DNA from: Scyliorhinus canicula
Lineage: Eukaryota
Length of the DNA stretch: 64,000 nt
Assembly: GCF_902713615.1 (NCBI RefSeq)
Contig: NC_052164.1
Span: forward strand, 83,055,830 to 83,119,829
Direction of reading: 5' to 3'
In this document: positions 62,815 through 64,000 of the stretch, one piece after another
How the letters are laid out: every line of letters starts with the position of its first letter
Numbering within the stretch: the stretch's first letter is position 1
The notes under the pieces: model-generated
The model's database searches: none
The model's input: the letters and a program-made list of their open reading frames with translations, nothing else
What the model was told of the DNA's origin: nothing
Translations under genes and position numbers: made by a program

Positions 62815-63870
62815 TGTTAGGAAAACAAAGGTAGTTTTAAGGGAATTAAATTTTTGTTGGTAACCAATAGGAATGAAGTATGATTTACAGTGTGTTTAAT
62901 TTAAAGTGTTTTTTTTTTTTGCCTGGAAGGGTAAAACCAATAGTTGGGATGCTTGTGTATATATGGAGGTTGGCTAAGTTCCAACTGTAGTTCTGTTGTG
63001 CTGAGGGCTGTGGCATGAAGAACAAATAAACCAGCAATGCTTGTTTAGCAACTGGGGCCTTGTAAGGTAGAGAAGCTTTTAAGTTTTAGTTTAGCTAATT
63101 TGATTGCAATTGAAAATGGTCAGCGAGAGAAGGCAGCTCTCGCAGATCTGCTAGAAGCAGTTGGTTTTGGATGCTTAAGACTGAGCATCTATCTCAGCCC
63201 TATTAAAAGAACAGTCAGACTATGGAGATGCTAGAATTCTAAAGTACAGCTAGTTAAGGAAACTAGAGAAGTGAAGAGAAGCGTCCAAGAGGTCTGGAGT
63301 TGTGAGCGGAGATCAAGATATGGTTCAGAAGAATTCAAGGAAGAGTAAACCAAAGTATTCGGAGTTGAAGGGGTAATTGCGGTACCCAGAGAGAGGGGGG
63401 GGGGGGAATCCACAGGCACTAACTTAGGTTCAGAGTGGAGTGTGCGTATTTGACCACAGCCAATCCAATCAGTGTGCCTATAAGGGACTTTGTGTCCACA
63501 GGCACTAACTTGGGGTCAGAGCAGAGTGTGCGTATTTGATCACAGCCAATCTGTGGGCCTAAAAGGGACTTTGTGTTAATGAGACCATTATAGCATAAGT
63601 TATGCTTTGTCATCTGTGTTAACCTTAAAATCCGTGTGTAGTTGTGAAGCTAAGGAAAGGGGGGGGGGGGGAGGGAAAGGGGGGGGCGGAGTAAAGGAGT
63701 GTTGTGTTATAATCTAATTTTCCCATGTTTAATTTGTTTTTTCTTTATGAAACTAATTAGTAGTCCTGTGACTGTTCCTCCGTATCTTATTTTTAAAAAG
63801 TTAGTCTTTGAGCGAGGGTTCCATTCTGGGATATTCCAGTCCAGTTCTTAGATCAGCTTGGATTGTAACA
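62815..63870. mobile_element. Probable ~1 kb solo LTR with internal tandem duplication
   Basis: TGTTA...TAACA termini; two ~81-86 bp units at 63409-63575; no clear TSD. Confidence 0.45.
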
Positions 63871-64000
63871 ATCTACTGTATATCTAAATATGACTTCCTC
63901 CTTCAAATCTCCATTTGTAATTTTAATGTTTATCTAAAGTTACTACTACTTTTCACCAAGGGTAAACAGCAATATAAAAGTGGTTTTCGGGTGTTGATTT

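Overview
Vertebrate genomic DNA, almost certainly cartilaginous fish (shark, probably a catshark). This is inferred from HE1-type V-SINEs whose 3' tails match the resident CR1 LINEs. The window is mostly nested transposon sequence: a near full-length L1-clade LINE with a triplicated 5' UTR monomer (48-6075), a TSD-bounded L1 carrying a nested CR1 (44369-49696), several Ty3/Gypsy LTR elements, Penelope-like fragments, hAT remnants, an RTE fragment, many PIF/Harbinger elements and MITEs (two retain a spliced Myb/SANT gene) and more than 12 SINEs. Host-derived features are a tailless 7SK retrocopy with a 16-bp TSD (28863-29075, minus) and a CpG-island bidirectional promoter (~60400-60700). That promoter drives a plus-strand gene whose first exon encodes a signal peptide and, probably, a divergent minus-strand transcript under a cluster of RFX X-box-like motifs. 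Several AT-rich unique blocks look like conserved non-coding elements. I found no CRISPR, rRNA, tRNA gene or prokaryotic system, and I cannot claim a wholly new biological system. All family calls are from motif recognition by eye, not database searches.
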